From contig CAVNZM010000009.1 in assembly GCA_963693365.1 (NCBI GenBank), positions 3,660,231 through 3,724,230 on the forward strand: DNA of 64,000 nucleotides, given 5' to 3'. How positions within the stretch are numbered: the first letter of the stretch is position 1; each line of letters opens with the position of its first letter. Source of the stretch: Amoebidium appalachense (taxonomy: Eukaryota; Protista; Ichthyosporea). The translations under genes were made by a program, and so were the position numbers. This document shows positions 1 to 24,632 of this stretch, in pieces. A model generated the notes under the pieces. That model was not told the origin of the DNA. It did not search any database and saw nothing but the letters and a program-made list of their open reading frames with translations.

Positions 1-352
1 GTATTTGCTGGATAAAAGACTAACTTGTAACATCTATTGAACCCAACAGATCTCTGCTTTCGTCGCCACCCGGTACCCTTGCAGAAACAAACACCTTCCC
101 CCCCCCCCCCCCCTTCCCCCCATTCTTCCCTTCTTCTCCCCCCGGCCCACCCTTTGCCCCCAAACTCCAATCATAAATCATCTCTAAGACGGCATCCCAT
201 TAACCTAATGTTTCCTGCTTAAAGGGGGTTTCATTTATAACGGTTTATGCGCCCTTACGGGTAAGGCCAAAACGCTATTTAATGCACATCTCGCCAATCA
301 AATTGCATAACTTAGTTTCTTTCGGGTCTGACCCGACTCGGATCCCTTACAG

Positions 353-7836
<7,484 letters not shown>

Positions 7837-9285
7837 ATAATTCTCTCCTAGTTTTTAACGTATCAACATCCTTTCACCCCATCTCTCTTTCCTTCTCCTC
7901 TGAGTTAGTTCGTTTTCTTCCCTTCCAGACTCAAACTGCATTACCGTTTACATAACCTATAACGTTACCCATAGTAGGATGTTGGTGAGCACGATTTTCT
8001 CGTATGTTGGTGTTTTTTGCCATTCGACAATTAGCCACGTTACATATCCTACGTTCAGAAATGAAGAGCTAAATACTGTCGAAGTCACACACCATCTGGG
8101 CCACATAAGTAATATCTTAGCTAAACCGGGTTGGATACTGCAATCTTACACCGCCGGAAAAGTGTTACGTAAAACACACACTAAGAACAACACTCCAAGA
8201 ATTAATAGCTTAATAGAATTTTGCTGAGAAAGCAGCGCCACGGGGGATAACGATGAGCCCAGGTTGACCCATAAACTCGAAGAAACGGAAGCAAATTTTG
8301 TTATTATTAAGTTGACTCAACCCATTCATGATGAGTACCGATGGTTTAAGACTGAACACCCACTACAGTAAAACTCCCATAAAGATCGCCATCCAAACAC
8401 CGTGACACAACTTCTACAGTAACTACAACACATTGATCATCCCCCCCCCCCCCCCCCCCCCCCCTCCCCCCCCCCCCCAACACCTCCCGCGGCCTCCACC
8501 CCCCTCCTTGTACCCCCCCCCCCCCCCCCCCCCCCCCCCCAGCTTTCCTTTCTATAGGTTCCATTCGAATCCTCGTGAAACCCCCCACGCGCACGTTCGC
8601 AGACTTGAACTGCTAATTAAAGATGCCTGCCCCCCCCCCCCCCCCCCCCCTCCCCGCCCTCCTTCCCCCCCCCCCCCCCCCCCCCCTCTCCCTCCCTTGT
8701 CCCTTCCTCGACCTATATACTCAGCTGCAATCAGATCCACAGTAATATTAATGTAGGATGCCATGTGGGGCTCAAATACGCACTTCCCGTCGCCGGCGGG
8801 CCCCTTCGACGACAGACATTCCCTTCAATTACCGTGTGTGTTGGGGGGGGAGGGGGGGGGAGCTGATGGGATGATATCCAATGAATATCATTGGAGGCTC
8901 ACGTGGCCATGCATATGGGCCCGACTGGGCAGCAGTCATGACATAATAGCTTCCTGAGGCTCGCTGTGCACAGCTAGGCCTATCTATGGGAGGGCACCCG
9001 CAACTTAATAAAACTATATGATATGCAATATGCAAATATATGCAAATGACGGGCGGCCCCTTCTATGGGTGTGTCGGTGTTGCTTAGTGAAACATGTTGG
9101 CGGCAAAGGTACTATTACAATCAGATATGGCCCTAACGATTTATGTGAAGTGAATCTAAACATATAATATCCGTGACATAATAAAATACAGGAGTGCACG
9201 TCAGTAAGATAATCCATTTACTTATATAAGATTCTAATACCATGTCTAGATGATATTTTGGGACCGAAGCTGGAGGAACGTGAGG

Positions 9286-9333
<48 letters not shown>

Positions 9334-9349
9334 GGGGGAGGGGGGCCGG

Positions 9350-9387
<38 letters not shown>

Positions 9388-9662
9388 CTGTGATTTCGAA
9401 TTCGGGGCAAGGACGTGACTTCTTGGGGCCCAAAACTTAAACAAAAACATTTGGCAGACAAAAGTTTCTCGTATTTACAGCTTCAACCAAAAACGAGTAG
9501 CACATGTACAGCACAAATTTTTTTGTTTTTCTTGAGAAGGCGAAAAAATCAAAATCAACATTAAAAAAATCGTGTGCGTGTTCAGTTTTAGTCAGTTCTG
9601 TGAGCTGTGCACTCACATGTGCGTGCACTCACGTGTGTGTGTGTGGGTGTGGGTGAATTTGG

Positions 9663-9756
<94 letters not shown>

Positions 9757-10356
9757 ACATGCGCGCGCGTGTGTGTGTGCGTGCGTGCGTAGTGCACGCA
9801 CGAAGCTTCAATATGATTACACACAACAAACTATGGCCAAAACGATTATAAACCAACAAGTGGGCACAAGCCAGCATTAAACGTCATGCCGCGCGATGCA
9901 AAGTAGCCTGCAAGCATACGTATCATACGCAGGGTGAATATCCCTCCCTCCCTCCCCCCCCCCCCCTCCCCCTCTCCCCTCCCCCGTCTCGGCATAACAT
10001 CCTCCCCCCCCCCTCCCCCCTTCCCCCCCCCCCCCCCCCCCCCCCCCCCCGGCCCCCGGCCCCCCGGCCCCCTCCCCCCCCCCTCCGCCCCGTACGTCCT
10101 CCTCAACAAACGGGGGGGGGGGGGGGGGGGGGTTTAAAATAATGAACCCTACAAGTGTCTACAGCCTGCTAGTATTGAACCCAGGATTCTTCTAGACTGT
10201 TATGTACCCCTGATTATGTACACCTGTATACGTACATGTGTATATACGTATAGATAGTATTATGTGTACATGCGCATGTGCACGTACGAATGTATGCATG
10301 TACAGTGCAAGCGTGCAAGTGGAGTGCACCCGATTCACAGATAATAATTATAAGAT

Positions 10357-10890
10357 GTGCACGACGTGCATATGTTCACCAAGCTGGAGCCAACTAAAAC
10401 AAAACTTGAAAAGTGTGTGGTGCACTGGCTTGGAATGCCTCCCAGCGATGATACTACGTCGCATGCCATCAAGGCTGAGGAAGGCTCCCCAGAGTTCGAA
10501 TTCGGTGGACTCGCGGAGACTCCCCGTGCCATCATGATTCAGTGCGCACATGATAGGGCACGTCATACGCTCCGTTCGAAGGGCTCGACCCGTAGAGCTT
10601 TAATTAGGTACGGCCGGTCGTACCACGCAAAAGGCACCAAGACAACCAAATTCTCTGGCACGTACGGACTGTGCCATGTACGATAAATCGACGCTGGCTG
10701 AGGGCACGCGACAAGATGACGTTTGGTACACAAGTCACATATCGACCAAATTTGGCAAGAAAATTCCAAGATCTATGTACCAAACGAAATATTGGCAGAT
10801 CTGAACAATCAATAACCATTTACGGCTAAGGCCCAGGACTGTCTCTTTGTCAACACACTTGTGGTTCCAGTCACGATTGTATCTGTGAGA
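10357..10890 (+). mobile_element. Possible degenerate chromodomain-bearing retroelement remnant
   Basis: Microsatellite-free block. KCVVHWLGMPPSDDT resembles the chromodomain motif YLVxWxGYPxSxxTW. No intact RT or integrase core seen. Confidence 0.25.
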
Positions 10891-11387
10891 TGACTTCTCC
10901 AAACGACTCCGACAAAGCCATGACTGCCGCGACTCGGAGTCAAGACGCCATTTTCCAGGCTGTGAAAATAAAATGTAAGACGGCAAAGGCATCAAAGTGT
11001 GCACGCAAGAACAAAGCATTGTGTCCTTTTTAGATGTAATTCATCAATTGTTAATTAATAAAAAGTGTTTCTAAAAAAGTTCGGTCTCTACGTGCGTTTT
11101 GTGCCCCTATTCAGCTATGCCTTTATTAAGAGTACAAAAGTTTCGTACCCTGTGTGATGTCATCTCGCCGGGTAGCTTATTTTTCAAGGTAGGAACGCAA
11201 GGTAGGTGAGTCACGTGATCAGCCGCTCTCCGTATCGTCCGCGTCTCCTTGAAAAATAAGAGCTACCTCAGAAGTTAGCTGCCAAATTCTGCTAATTCTG
11301 CTGAATGATTATGACACTAGCTAGCAATCCTTTAAACTAACCACCGCTTCTCCCATTTGAGCATCTGGGCGCGGACCACCCGAGACA

Positions 11388-12712
11388 TCACGGCCATCTT
11401 GAACACCAGTGGCCGTGCGAGACATTCGACCGAGCCAGCCTCTTCGCGCCCTTAAACTGTGTTTCGCAAATCACTGTAAACGTGTGGTTGTTTATCTGTT
11501 GTTGTATGTAGCTGATTTTATCGTCGAGTGTCCCGGGGGGGAGGCCCTTTTTGGGGCCCAGTGTCCGAGCATTCCAGAAGAAGAAGGATAAATTAGGCAT
11601 CGGTTTGTTCCGACACCTATGGGGTTGGTTCCCACTTGTCGCTTACGGGGTCGTATGCACGACCTTCCGCCAGCGCGAACAGTTCGCAGAAGAGCTCGAT
11701 TTCCATCTCGCATCGGCGATGCGCTCGAGCAGTTTCTCACCAGAAAACATTGGTTCCTTCGTGTCCGTGTCTATCACGCTCGTAGCATCGTTTTCCAACT
11801 TTGCGAGGAACTCTTTTGCCTTGCTGATGCGTACACGACAACGTGTGGCGCACGCATTCTTAGCAGACACTTTACGTTCTTTGTCTGCTTTCTGAATGTT
11901 TTCCGGCGCGCATGGGTCGTAGCTTGGGAGGTGGGTGAAGAAGCTACCACACCCCTTTGTCGCGTCACGGATGAACGCACGGTTATAGTCGCCCCGTACT
12001 GCTACTTCCAGCACATCGTATCCAATGAAGGACAGACAAAGGATGCGAGAGCACCGGAAGCCGAGACCCTTGAAGATGGACCACATGGCCCTGTGTGGGC
12101 GTCTGCCGTGCTTGACTTTGAAATACACCCTCTCGTATTTGGGTGGGATGTTGATGTTACCGTTTGCTTGGGTGTTCCCCTTAGCCGGCGGTTTGGGAGG
12201 GGAGTTGCGGCGGTACTCGTTGCCTGCAAGAATGCTGGCATATGTTTCCTTGGCAATTTGGCGGAGCTCGGGTGTTTTACGAGAGTTCGCATATTCTAGG
12301 AACTCTGCCGGGAGCTGTGCTTCCGGTCCTGTGTTGTTTTGTGTTGGGGTGGAAATGTCTCCGTCGCGAGATGTTTGCTCATGATTTTGGGGTTTTGCGA
12401 TCCACTAATGTTTAGCTGGGCTGTGAGTGAATCAATGGTGAGCTTGAGTTGGGTATTTTCTGTTTGGAGTTTTTCTATCATGTTCTTGAGTGGTAACAGC
12501 TCATTTAGCTGTTTCTTAACGAGGGCAAGTTCTGCCAGTACTGTATCAACCGAAAGTTTCGGCATGGTTGTTATTGTGTTTCTACGGAGTGGTGTGGTGT
12601 TATTCTGCATGGGTAGTGTATTGTAAATAGGTGTTGCGCTTAGTCTAAGGCGATGTTTTTCTGGTTGTGCATCTGTGGTAGGTGTATCTGCTGGACGTTT
12701 TAATGGTCGCAC
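11388..12712 (-). mobile_element. Non-LTR retrotransposon (LINE) fragment: frameshifted ORF1 plus the start of the ORF2 APE endonuclease
   Basis: ORF1 has a coiled coil (LAELALVKKQLNELL...IEKLQTENTQLK); after a frameshift it reads ETYASILAG and VYFKVKHGRRPHRAMWSIFKGLGFRCSRILCLSFIGYDVLEVAVRGDY. ORF2 starts at ATG 11600: MPNLSFFFWNARTL...KISYIQQQI...FTVICET, the WN and xET motifs of APE endonucleases. Homology is lost by ~11400; no RT. Confidence 0.75.
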
Positions 12713-13559
12713 ATGTGTATGGGTGTAGATGGAACTTTGAAAGAGGTTCTGAAACGATTATAGGCATGTGCCATGACATGGATGGGGGTGTTCCCCGGCC
12801 CTTAGGGCCACGGATGGCCTGGTTTAGGGGTGGATGCGCGAAGGATACTATATATTAGCAGATAATAAAAAGCGACATTTGAATCGATGTGCGACATTTG
12901 AATCGATGTGAGTGAGTGTGTGTGTGTGTGTGTGTGCGCGCGCGCGTGTTTGTGTGTGCGCGCGTGTTTGTGTGTGAAGAAGAAGCCTTTTTGCTCAAAC
13001 ACGAAGGACTCTGCTAAGGCCAAAAATACTTTATGTGCACACACAGTGGGGGTACAGTTCAGCTCCACACAACCGCTCGTTACATCACAACGATTAAGAT
13101 GTAAATCTACACGCAGAACACACACACACACACACACAGACACACACCACACACACAGCCTGTGACACACACGCACTTTTTTTCGGTCTTCATACTACTA
13201 TAACATCTGCCGCTCCCTCTTAACCCCCCCCCCTTTCCACCTCACTTCCCATAGCATTGCTCTCTCTGACTATCTTGTACGGACATTTTCAAACCGGGGC
13301 ACACAGCTCGCCTCAGCGGGCTCGAGATCACTTGACGTGTGTGGTGGCGTGGCGCGCACCTATCGTTGACAGGTATGTTTGTGCGTGCGCGTGTGCTTGT
13401 GTTTCGTGTTGTGTCTACGTACGTGTACCCGTATGCCATGACTTCTGCCAAAGTGTCGGTACGATTGTGTGTGGGCCTGCTCGGGGGTGGCCGTGCAGTG
13501 TGTGTGGTAGGCGTGCCTGTGTGTGTGCACGTGTATTTTTGGTTCTCGCGCAAGCATGC

Positions 13560-14830
13560 AGCGCTTCTCTCACGCGTGTGTGCGCCTGTATAGATCTTGC
13601 ACCTCTAGTAGCATCTGTATTTCTGAAACCATTTATGTGTTACCAAATACACACTTGTGTAACTATTGTATAGCAAGTGCATGCTGGTGATCTTTATCTT
13701 GAACATGATGATGCCTTCTTGCAAGTTTTCCCTTCCCCTTTCCTCGTCCCCGCCTCCCCCCTCTCCCCTCCCCCACCCCCCTTCCTCCTCCCCCCTGCAT
13801 CTCAAAACCAATCCCCACTTTCTCTATCTGATTCTCTACTTTGGTGCCAGAATGAGAGCCCCAAGAAATCGCAATTCTATTCGTGCATAAGCACTTCGCC
13901 ACCTTTATTGTGTGGTGCCTTTTCTTTCTTGTGGAGGCTGTTTCTGTTCTTTTCCTCCGTTTCCTACCTTCCACCCTATGACCTTACATCGACCCCCTTC
14001 CCCCCCCCCCCCCCCCCCCCCCCCTCCGCCCCCCCCCCTCCCCCTCCTTTACCTGACCCCTCATCCACCTCTCTTTCTTCGTTTATGACACACACTCCCC
14101 TTCGGGCCTATACATAAGACTGTAGGTGTTGTATGCAAGAAACCTCACGTGCAACCACACGGCTTAAAAGCATGATTTGTGCTTACCCCACGTGTGTGTA
14201 CCTGTAGCTTGCAGCAACTAGAGTAGTAAAAATGTTTCTGGACAGTGTTACCTATTACAATTTGGTTCTGATTTTGTGTTACAACCCATGCATGTCTGCT
14301 TGCATAGTCGGGCCCCCATCCCCCCCCCCCCCCCCCCCCCCGCCCCGCTCCGCCCCGCTCCCGCCCCCCTCAAACCTCAGTCCCCCCCCCCCCCCCCCCC
14401 CCCTCCCCCCACCCACCCCACCCCACCCCCCACCCCTCCCTCCCTCCCTCCCTCCCTCCCTCCCCGTCTCCCCCCTTCTCCTCAACACCAATCCACCTTT
14501 TCTCCTCTGTTGCTGTACAGTTGCTCTACTTCGGTGCCAGAATGAGAGCCCCAACAAACGCTATGGCGCATAAGCACTTCGCTTGCCTTTGTGTGTGGTG
14601 CCTTTTCTCTCTCAAATAAGCTTTTCTGTGCCTTCCCTACCTTCCACTCTATGACCCTTTACAGACCCCCCCCCCCCTCCCCCCCTCCCCCCCTTCCCCC
14701 CCCCCCACCAACCCCGTCACTTCACCCCACCTCTCATCCATCGCTCTTCCCAAGTCTTTATGTGCTTGCATTGGGGCCTATGAGTAAGCAGTGTGTGACT
14801 GTTTGCAACTAGCAACCACACAGCTAACGG
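13560..14830. repeat. Diverged ~650-bp tandem duplication upstream of the AP2 gene
   Basis: ctctacttYggtgccagaatgagagccccaa...gcataagcacttcgc...tgtgtggtgccttttct occurs at ~13834-13925 and ~14525-14608, with matching flanks. Confidence 0.8.
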
Positions 14831-14937
14831 CACGTGCAGGGACGAAAGCAGAAGCTTGTGCTCAAGCTCACACAACCCCCGCCCCCCCTCGCCCTAAGAC
14901 ACACACACACCCACACACACACACACACACAGGCACC

Positions 14938-18675
<3,738 letters not shown>

Positions 18676-18789
18676 TTCTACTGCCAAAGCCGGAATGCGA
18701 TCTGCATCTTTAGATTCTACCACTTAGTCTAATTTACCAAATCTAAACAACATCAAGTCACCCCTGTGTTTCTGTGGAACATGCTAGTG

Positions 18790-19403
18790 TAAGGCAACAA
18801 TGCAGATGTGGGAGGGGGGGGAATCTGTAATAGCAGCTGATATCAATGGTGGTGCTAGTGGGGAGAATAGTGGGGAAATTAACAGGACTGTGGCCGAAGT
18901 CATTAGGGCATTGGCACTTTTGGGGGCACAGTTGGAGGAGCTGGTGGGAGAGTTGAAGAGATTGGATGGGTTGGTGGGGGGTAAGAGGTAGGCCTGGAAA
19001 TATTAGGATGGAGATCAGTGCAATGTAATGAGTTTATGCCTGTAAACTCAAGCATGTCATGATTATCATAGATACGAGGATTCCAAGTTCTTACATATAC
19101 GCTTTTGAGTTGGTGAGTTGTTATGTAATTGGGCACCTGAAGTTTATACAAATCGGTGTCACTCGTAACGGTGTTACATATGCATATTATATACATGAGC
19201 AAACATATCAGTAAGTGTTTGCCAATCGAGTGGGCTGGCATCGAGACGTATACTATGGCTACAACGTTATCCCCCCCCCCCCCCCCCCCCCCCCCTCCCT
19301 CCCTCCTCTCCTGGCGGTGCCACCAACAGCCACCTGGTCGAGCACACAACAACCTAAATAACCTGTCCCATTGCAAAACAGCTTTCCTCCTCCTACGTAG
19401 TAT

Positions 19404-19449
<46 letters not shown>

Positions 19450-19806
19450 TTCCCCACGCTCTCCCTCCCGCCTCATCCCCCGGCCGCCTCGCCCTTTGTG
19501 TTCTCCCTGAAGCCCCCACTCCTCCCCCTCTCCCCCCCCCCCCCCCCTCCCCCTCCCCCCGCAATACATGTGTATATGTTCAAGGGGTGCATGCGGCGCT
19601 GTGTGGTTGTGGCCACGGCAGTACGGTCCACTGGGCGCCTAAAAATAGCTCCGGCAGCCACACGGGTGTGTGCATGGGTGAAGGACCCACCGAAGAAACT
19701 CTTCAGAAAGAGAAACATCAGACAGATACACTATCAAGTGGTGGTCTCTATCAAGTGGTGGTCTTGTGGATGTGTGTGCCCGTATATTTTGGGGCAGGCA
19801 GGCAGG

Positions 19807-19852
<46 letters not shown>

Positions 19853-20304
19853 CTTTTTCGTGATACCGGAAGCCTTGGGGAGCAGGGAGGGGGGCGAGGG
19901 GTCACCGGGCCGCCGGGGGGGGGGGGGGGGGGGGGGGGGGAGGTCAAAAGAAACAAGGGTGTCATGCAAAGATCATAGCAGAATCCAAACTTGTGGATAT
20001 GGCAGGCACATTAAAATAAAACCGGGGTTGGTTGCGCGCATATGCTATATTGTGGCGCGTGCATGCGGCGATAATGTGTGGGTACGTGTGCACACTTTAA
20101 TCTAAGTTCAACGGTCTTGCGCTCCTTCACGAGCGCACACACTAGTGCTAGGCTTGGCGGGTTGGAGGAAAGGGGTGGGGTGGGGTGGGGGCCGGGGGGG
20201 GGGGGACACTACGGACGGGTGCCAAATGTGTTACACCGTACGAAAAACACAAAAAAAACGGACGTGACAAGGCAGAGGTGTATTTTTTTATTTTTATTTT
20301 TTGG

Positions 20305-20339
<35 letters not shown>

Positions 20340-20471
20340 GGGGGGGGGGGGGAGGGCTGCTCCCAGTCTGCACTTACCGTTGTTGCTGGGGACAGTTTTT
20401 TGTTCAGACGGGAAGGTAGCCCTCGGCAGAGCCAACCACCAGCCTGTGCCCACCGTACAGCCTACAGCCAT
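18790..20471 (-). pseudogene. Inverted partial paralogue of the AP2 gene's 5' exons, without AP2 domains
   Basis: 20378-20478 is the reverse complement of ~14931-15024 and 19580-19700 of ~15858-15978, with scattered mismatches. Exon 1 is 94 nt from its ATG versus 87 nt, so it is shifted by one frame. The candidate last exon from 18993 encodes no AP2 motif. Confidence 0.7.
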
Positions 20472-20480
20472 GGTGCCTGA

Positions 20481-20528
<48 letters not shown>

Positions 20529-21842
20529 TTGTACGTGTGTGTATGTGTGTGTGTTTGCATGTGTGCGCGTGTGTGCACATGTTTGCGGGCGTTCGTGCAT
20601 GTTGGTGTGCTTTCGTGTATGTACCCATGTGTGTGTGCGTGTGAGTATGCTGGATGCAGGGGTGTGGTATATTATACCGGATATCTAGTATGGATGTACA
20701 CAGGTTGAGATATACGCACACGTGTACATGTATATATACCACTGTGTTTGATCTTAGGTAGGTCAGTATGCATGTCCCCCCCAGTCTTGTGCGCATGAGC
20801 ATGGAGCTAAACATATGTGCACGTGCAACTTGCAGGATTATTTATGGGAAAACAGATATAATAGCCACATGGGACCGACACGTAGCAGAGGAACCATGAG
20901 CGTTAAGTTATAGTTTTATCATGGGAAAATATGCAAGTAGCCGTGAGGTATGACTGTGGAATGCATCGATAATCAAGTACTGTCACCCGATTGGCTCAAT
21001 AGGTTTATTGGAACCGTGATAGCCATGGGACAGAACCGTGAACCGTATGTGATTGGCTCTCGTAGCCAAAAAGCACATACCGATGCGCATGTCTGAGCCG
21101 CTGTGCGAGCTCCGATATAAGGGCATGTCGGGGGCTTCAGAGCTCACTCAGTGTGCTCGGCTTACTAGGTGTAAGTAGGACTAGCACGTAACTAAGCAAA
21201 GCGTGGTCTAGTCAACCCCGTTCATTTATAAACATATTGTTTGTCACAGACACACAATTATATTATACAACAAGGGGGACGTGGCTTCCGTGTGTATACA
21301 GAGGTGACACTTTATTTTTACAGGTCTGTGTGTTTGGCAAATGTAAATTTCAGCCCGGAGTACCGACGGATTTGTGCACATAATGACGTCACCGATATGC
21401 ACGGCCCTCTGAATAAAAGACGTGCTCAGCAGAGTCTCCGCCCAGCGGCTAATATGAAAGTAGCGGTGGTTGCTTTCATTAAGGAAATAGGCCGGGAATT
21501 AAAGGCCTTCGACGTGGCCCGGAAGTTGAGTCACTTCAAAACCCCTCATTTTTCGTGTTCCCCACATTCAAGTCACGGTGAGCAAGCAGAGCAACTCGAG
21601 TGAGGTGACAGCCCGGTGACCCCGCCCGAGTGCAAGCCGGGGCTCGAAAGGTTTTTATGATTCAGTTCATCAAAACGTTGCGTCACCGTGACGGACGTAT
21701 GCGAGGCTGAAATCTGACTGGCTGGAACCATCCAATAGCAAGTGGGATACGCACCGGATCCATCATCCACCCTGAGGATGTCGACACAAACTTTCGTGAG
21801 CTCACAAATCCCCGACACCAAAGTGACCGAACTAATTCCAAG

Positions 21843-21850
21843 TATAAAAG
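21843..21850 (+). promoter_or_regulatory. Candidate TATA box for the YVTN gene
   Basis: TATAAAAG about 200 bp upstream of ATG 22051. Motif match only. Confidence 0.4.
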
Positions 21851-22050
21851 GGCAAGATGTGCCACTCTCAGTCTCACTCTCTTTATTGGAGTCCACTTGA
21901 GTCTACCCCCAGGCTGAAACGAAAACCGACGTGCACCGCTCCGTACCGTGACATCTAGTTACGACAGGCAACAACAGCCACACAATCCTAGCGAATTTTT
22001 GCACAGTCACGGCTCCGTTTTTTTTTTATTTGTAAAGTTTACTGAAAAAC

Positions 22051-23136
22051 ATGCTCAACTCGGTCGTCCTCATGCTCGCCTCGGCCTGTGCCCTGAAAGG
22101 CCTAGGCCTTGCCGCGCCCACCGGCAGCTGCAAGAGCGTCCCCCGCGTTGCCGTCGCCAACCGCGGCAGTGGAACAGTTTCAGTCATCGACGTGGGTACA
22201 AGACAGGTATTCGCAACCATCACCCTCCCTGCAAAGGCCGAGCCCATGTACATCAACGTTGTGGAGGATGAGATGTGGGTAGGGGACCGTGGAAACGACG
22301 CCATACACGTGTTTTCTATCCCCAGCTACGAGCTCAAGTGCACCATCAACACGGGCAAGGGCGTGTTTCACAGCATGGCGACAACGACAAACAACGGCGT
22401 AAACAACAGGCGTGCGACAAACGTCTACGTTGTCAACGACGTCGACGGAACTGTGAGTGTTATTTCTGCCTCCACCTACCGCGTGCATGCCCAAATCAAG
22501 ACCCCAGCCGACGTTGCCGCGGCCGGTGGGAAACCGCACGACGTGACTGCAGACCGCGAAACCATTTGGGTGACCTATTTGGGGTTCGCAGACAAAACGG
22601 GGAGCGTTGTCGCGTTCGACGCATGCACGTTCGTGGAAAAGAACCGCGTGCAGGTTGGCGGTGACCCACACGTCGCCCAGCGGCCGAGCTCCGGCCTTTA
22701 CGTTGCGAGCCAGGAAGCAAGCAAGCTCACCTTATTTGAGAAGGAGGACCTCGTAGTAGTAAAGAGCGAAGACATCCCAAGCGCGCACGGTGCTTTCCTT
22801 TCCACGAAGGGTCACTTCTACACAACGAACATTGCCGGGGCTGGGACAAACGCCGTGTGGACATTTGGCGTTTCACTTTACCCGTACGAACCGCTCAAGC
22901 TCCTGTCCAACTCTGTTAACACCACGCCACCTACACCTCACAACGTCGCTACGGACCGCGCTGAAACCGCCCTGTTTGTGACTCACTCGGGGCCTACGAG
23001 CGATTCTGTGTCCGTGTTCTCCCTGAGCAATGGCGTGCCTGTGCAGGCAAAGGGGATGGTGGTCAAGACGGGGCTTAATCCGTTTGGGCTATGGGCCTTT
23101 GAGGAGAAGGCTTGCCGCTTGTACCGGTCCGTTTAG
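22051..23136 (+). CDS. Secreted YVTN/YncE-family beta-propeller protein, intronless
   Basis: Clean 361-aa ORF. Hydrophobic signal peptide MLNSVVLMLASACALKGLGLAAP. Blades VAVANRGSGTVSVID, VYVVNDVDGTVSVIS, LYVASQEASKLTLF, LFVTHSGPTSDSVSVF; C-terminal KTGLNPFGL. Confidence 0.88.
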   Translation: MLNSVVLMLASACALKGLGLAAPTGSCKSVPRVAVANRGSGTVSVIDVGTRQVFATITLPAKAEPMYINVVEDEMWVGDRGNDAIHVFSIPSYELKCTINTGKGVFHSMATTTNNGVNNRRATNVYVVNDVDGTVSVISASTYRVHAQIKTPADVAAAGGKPHDVTADRETIWVTYLGFADKTGSVVAFDACTFVEKNRVQVGGDPHVAQRPSSGLYVASQEASKLTLFEKEDLVVVKSEDIPSAHGAFLSTKGHFYTTNIAGAGTNAVWTFGVSLYPYEPLKLLSNSVNTTPPTPHNVATDRAETALFVTHSGPTSDSVSVFSLSNGVPVQAKGMVVKTGLNPFGLWAFEEKACRLYRSV

Positions 23137-23310
23137 GAGCACTCTAGCTACATAGGTGTAATTATGATTTAATGCCCCATCCCCCCCCCCCCCCCCCCCC
23201 CCCCCCAACCCCCCACAACACACACACTCTTCTCCGCCAACCACCAACACCACCACAACCACAAACTTTAAGAGACTGTGAAAAGGATGATCAGGAACAC
23301 CATGGCAGTT

Positions 23311-23436
23311 GTTTGAATACTTTGTACTTGTATATTCTCGAGCTTCCCAGGTGAACATTATCGCAATTAACCGTTGATGTGTTTGAATACTTTGTACGTG
23401 TATATTCTCGAGCTTCCCAGGTGAACACTATCGAAA
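23311..23436. repeat. ~55-bp direct repeat, period 70
   Basis: gtttgaatactttgtacKtgtatattctcgagcttcccaggtgaacaYtatcg at 23311 and 23381. Confidence 0.9.
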
Positions 23437-23922
23437 ATACCGAATTTGCAGTTTAGCCGTCTCATGCGTAACAGATGTACCGAGTACATTTCTCGGCTCG
23501 GAGGCTGTGCCGGTCATGATCAAGCTGTATTGAGGCCGTGCAAAATACCCACCCGTTGCATCACTATATTAGAAGAATCATCGTGTAAATGTAGTCAACT
23601 TCCGTTAACAATAGTGCGCGTGCTGATTAATACAGGGTGGCATTCCTTTCAATGGTTGCTTATCTGCTTAGCAGCTATTATAGCTTACAGTGAAAAGTTA
23701 AAAACTTTCAATAAAGAGCCCACTTCAAAGGGTTTATGCCTATGTACATGCCTCACGGTGTTCTTAAACTATCATCTGATACATATTCAGGGGAATCCCC
23801 GGCCCTCCGCGAAATCCCCCCCCCCCCCCCCCCCTCCCCCCGCTACCCAGCCAGCAGTCTGCCCCGCAGTCTCCCCCGGGCCTCCGAGTCTTCCTCGTGG
23901 CACCCACCCTGCTGAGAGGGCA

Positions 23923-23955
<33 letters not shown>

Positions 23956-24345
23956 CAAGGGCGGCGGCCGCGGGGGGGGGGGGGGGGGGGGGGGAGGGGG
24001 GGAAGGGGGGAAGAGGGTAAAACGAGAAGGTGGCCTTGTCGTCCTTAGTAGCAGGCTCTAATTTTAGTAGCCTAGTGGTTGTTTGTTTATTTAGATTTAA
24101 AATTTTAACCAATATTCTGCCCCTCGTAATCATTGAACTAGCGGCCAATCATATGCATGCTTCAAGCAGCAGTTACTGAAATTTGAGGCTATCACTCACT
24201 ATCTTTCTGGTATTGTGTCCCGGGCAAAATGCCGCTCGATACACAATTTATCTCCGACATTTATCATGCGGATGGTTATCTATTTTTCGAGTGCTCTTCA
24301 CGGCACACCTAGAAATTATTCTAAATCAGAAACTAACCTGGATCA

Positions 24346-24401
<56 letters not shown>

Positions 24402-24443
24402 GGCGCAATGCCCAGAGCGCACACGCACACGCACAAAGGGAAA

Positions 24444-24480
<37 letters not shown>

Positions 24481-24579
24481 GCAGTCATTATATCTTACCC
24501 GCCCCATGCTTCGCAAAATTTCATCACTTCATTCTTTGTTGATTCATTCCTTCGTTTTGGGTATTACGTTTGAACCACT

Positions 24580-24632
<53 letters not shown>

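Noticed and set aside
11619-12626. Plus-strand ORFs of 226, 119 and 95 aa
   Set aside because: Antisense shadows of the LINE ORF1.
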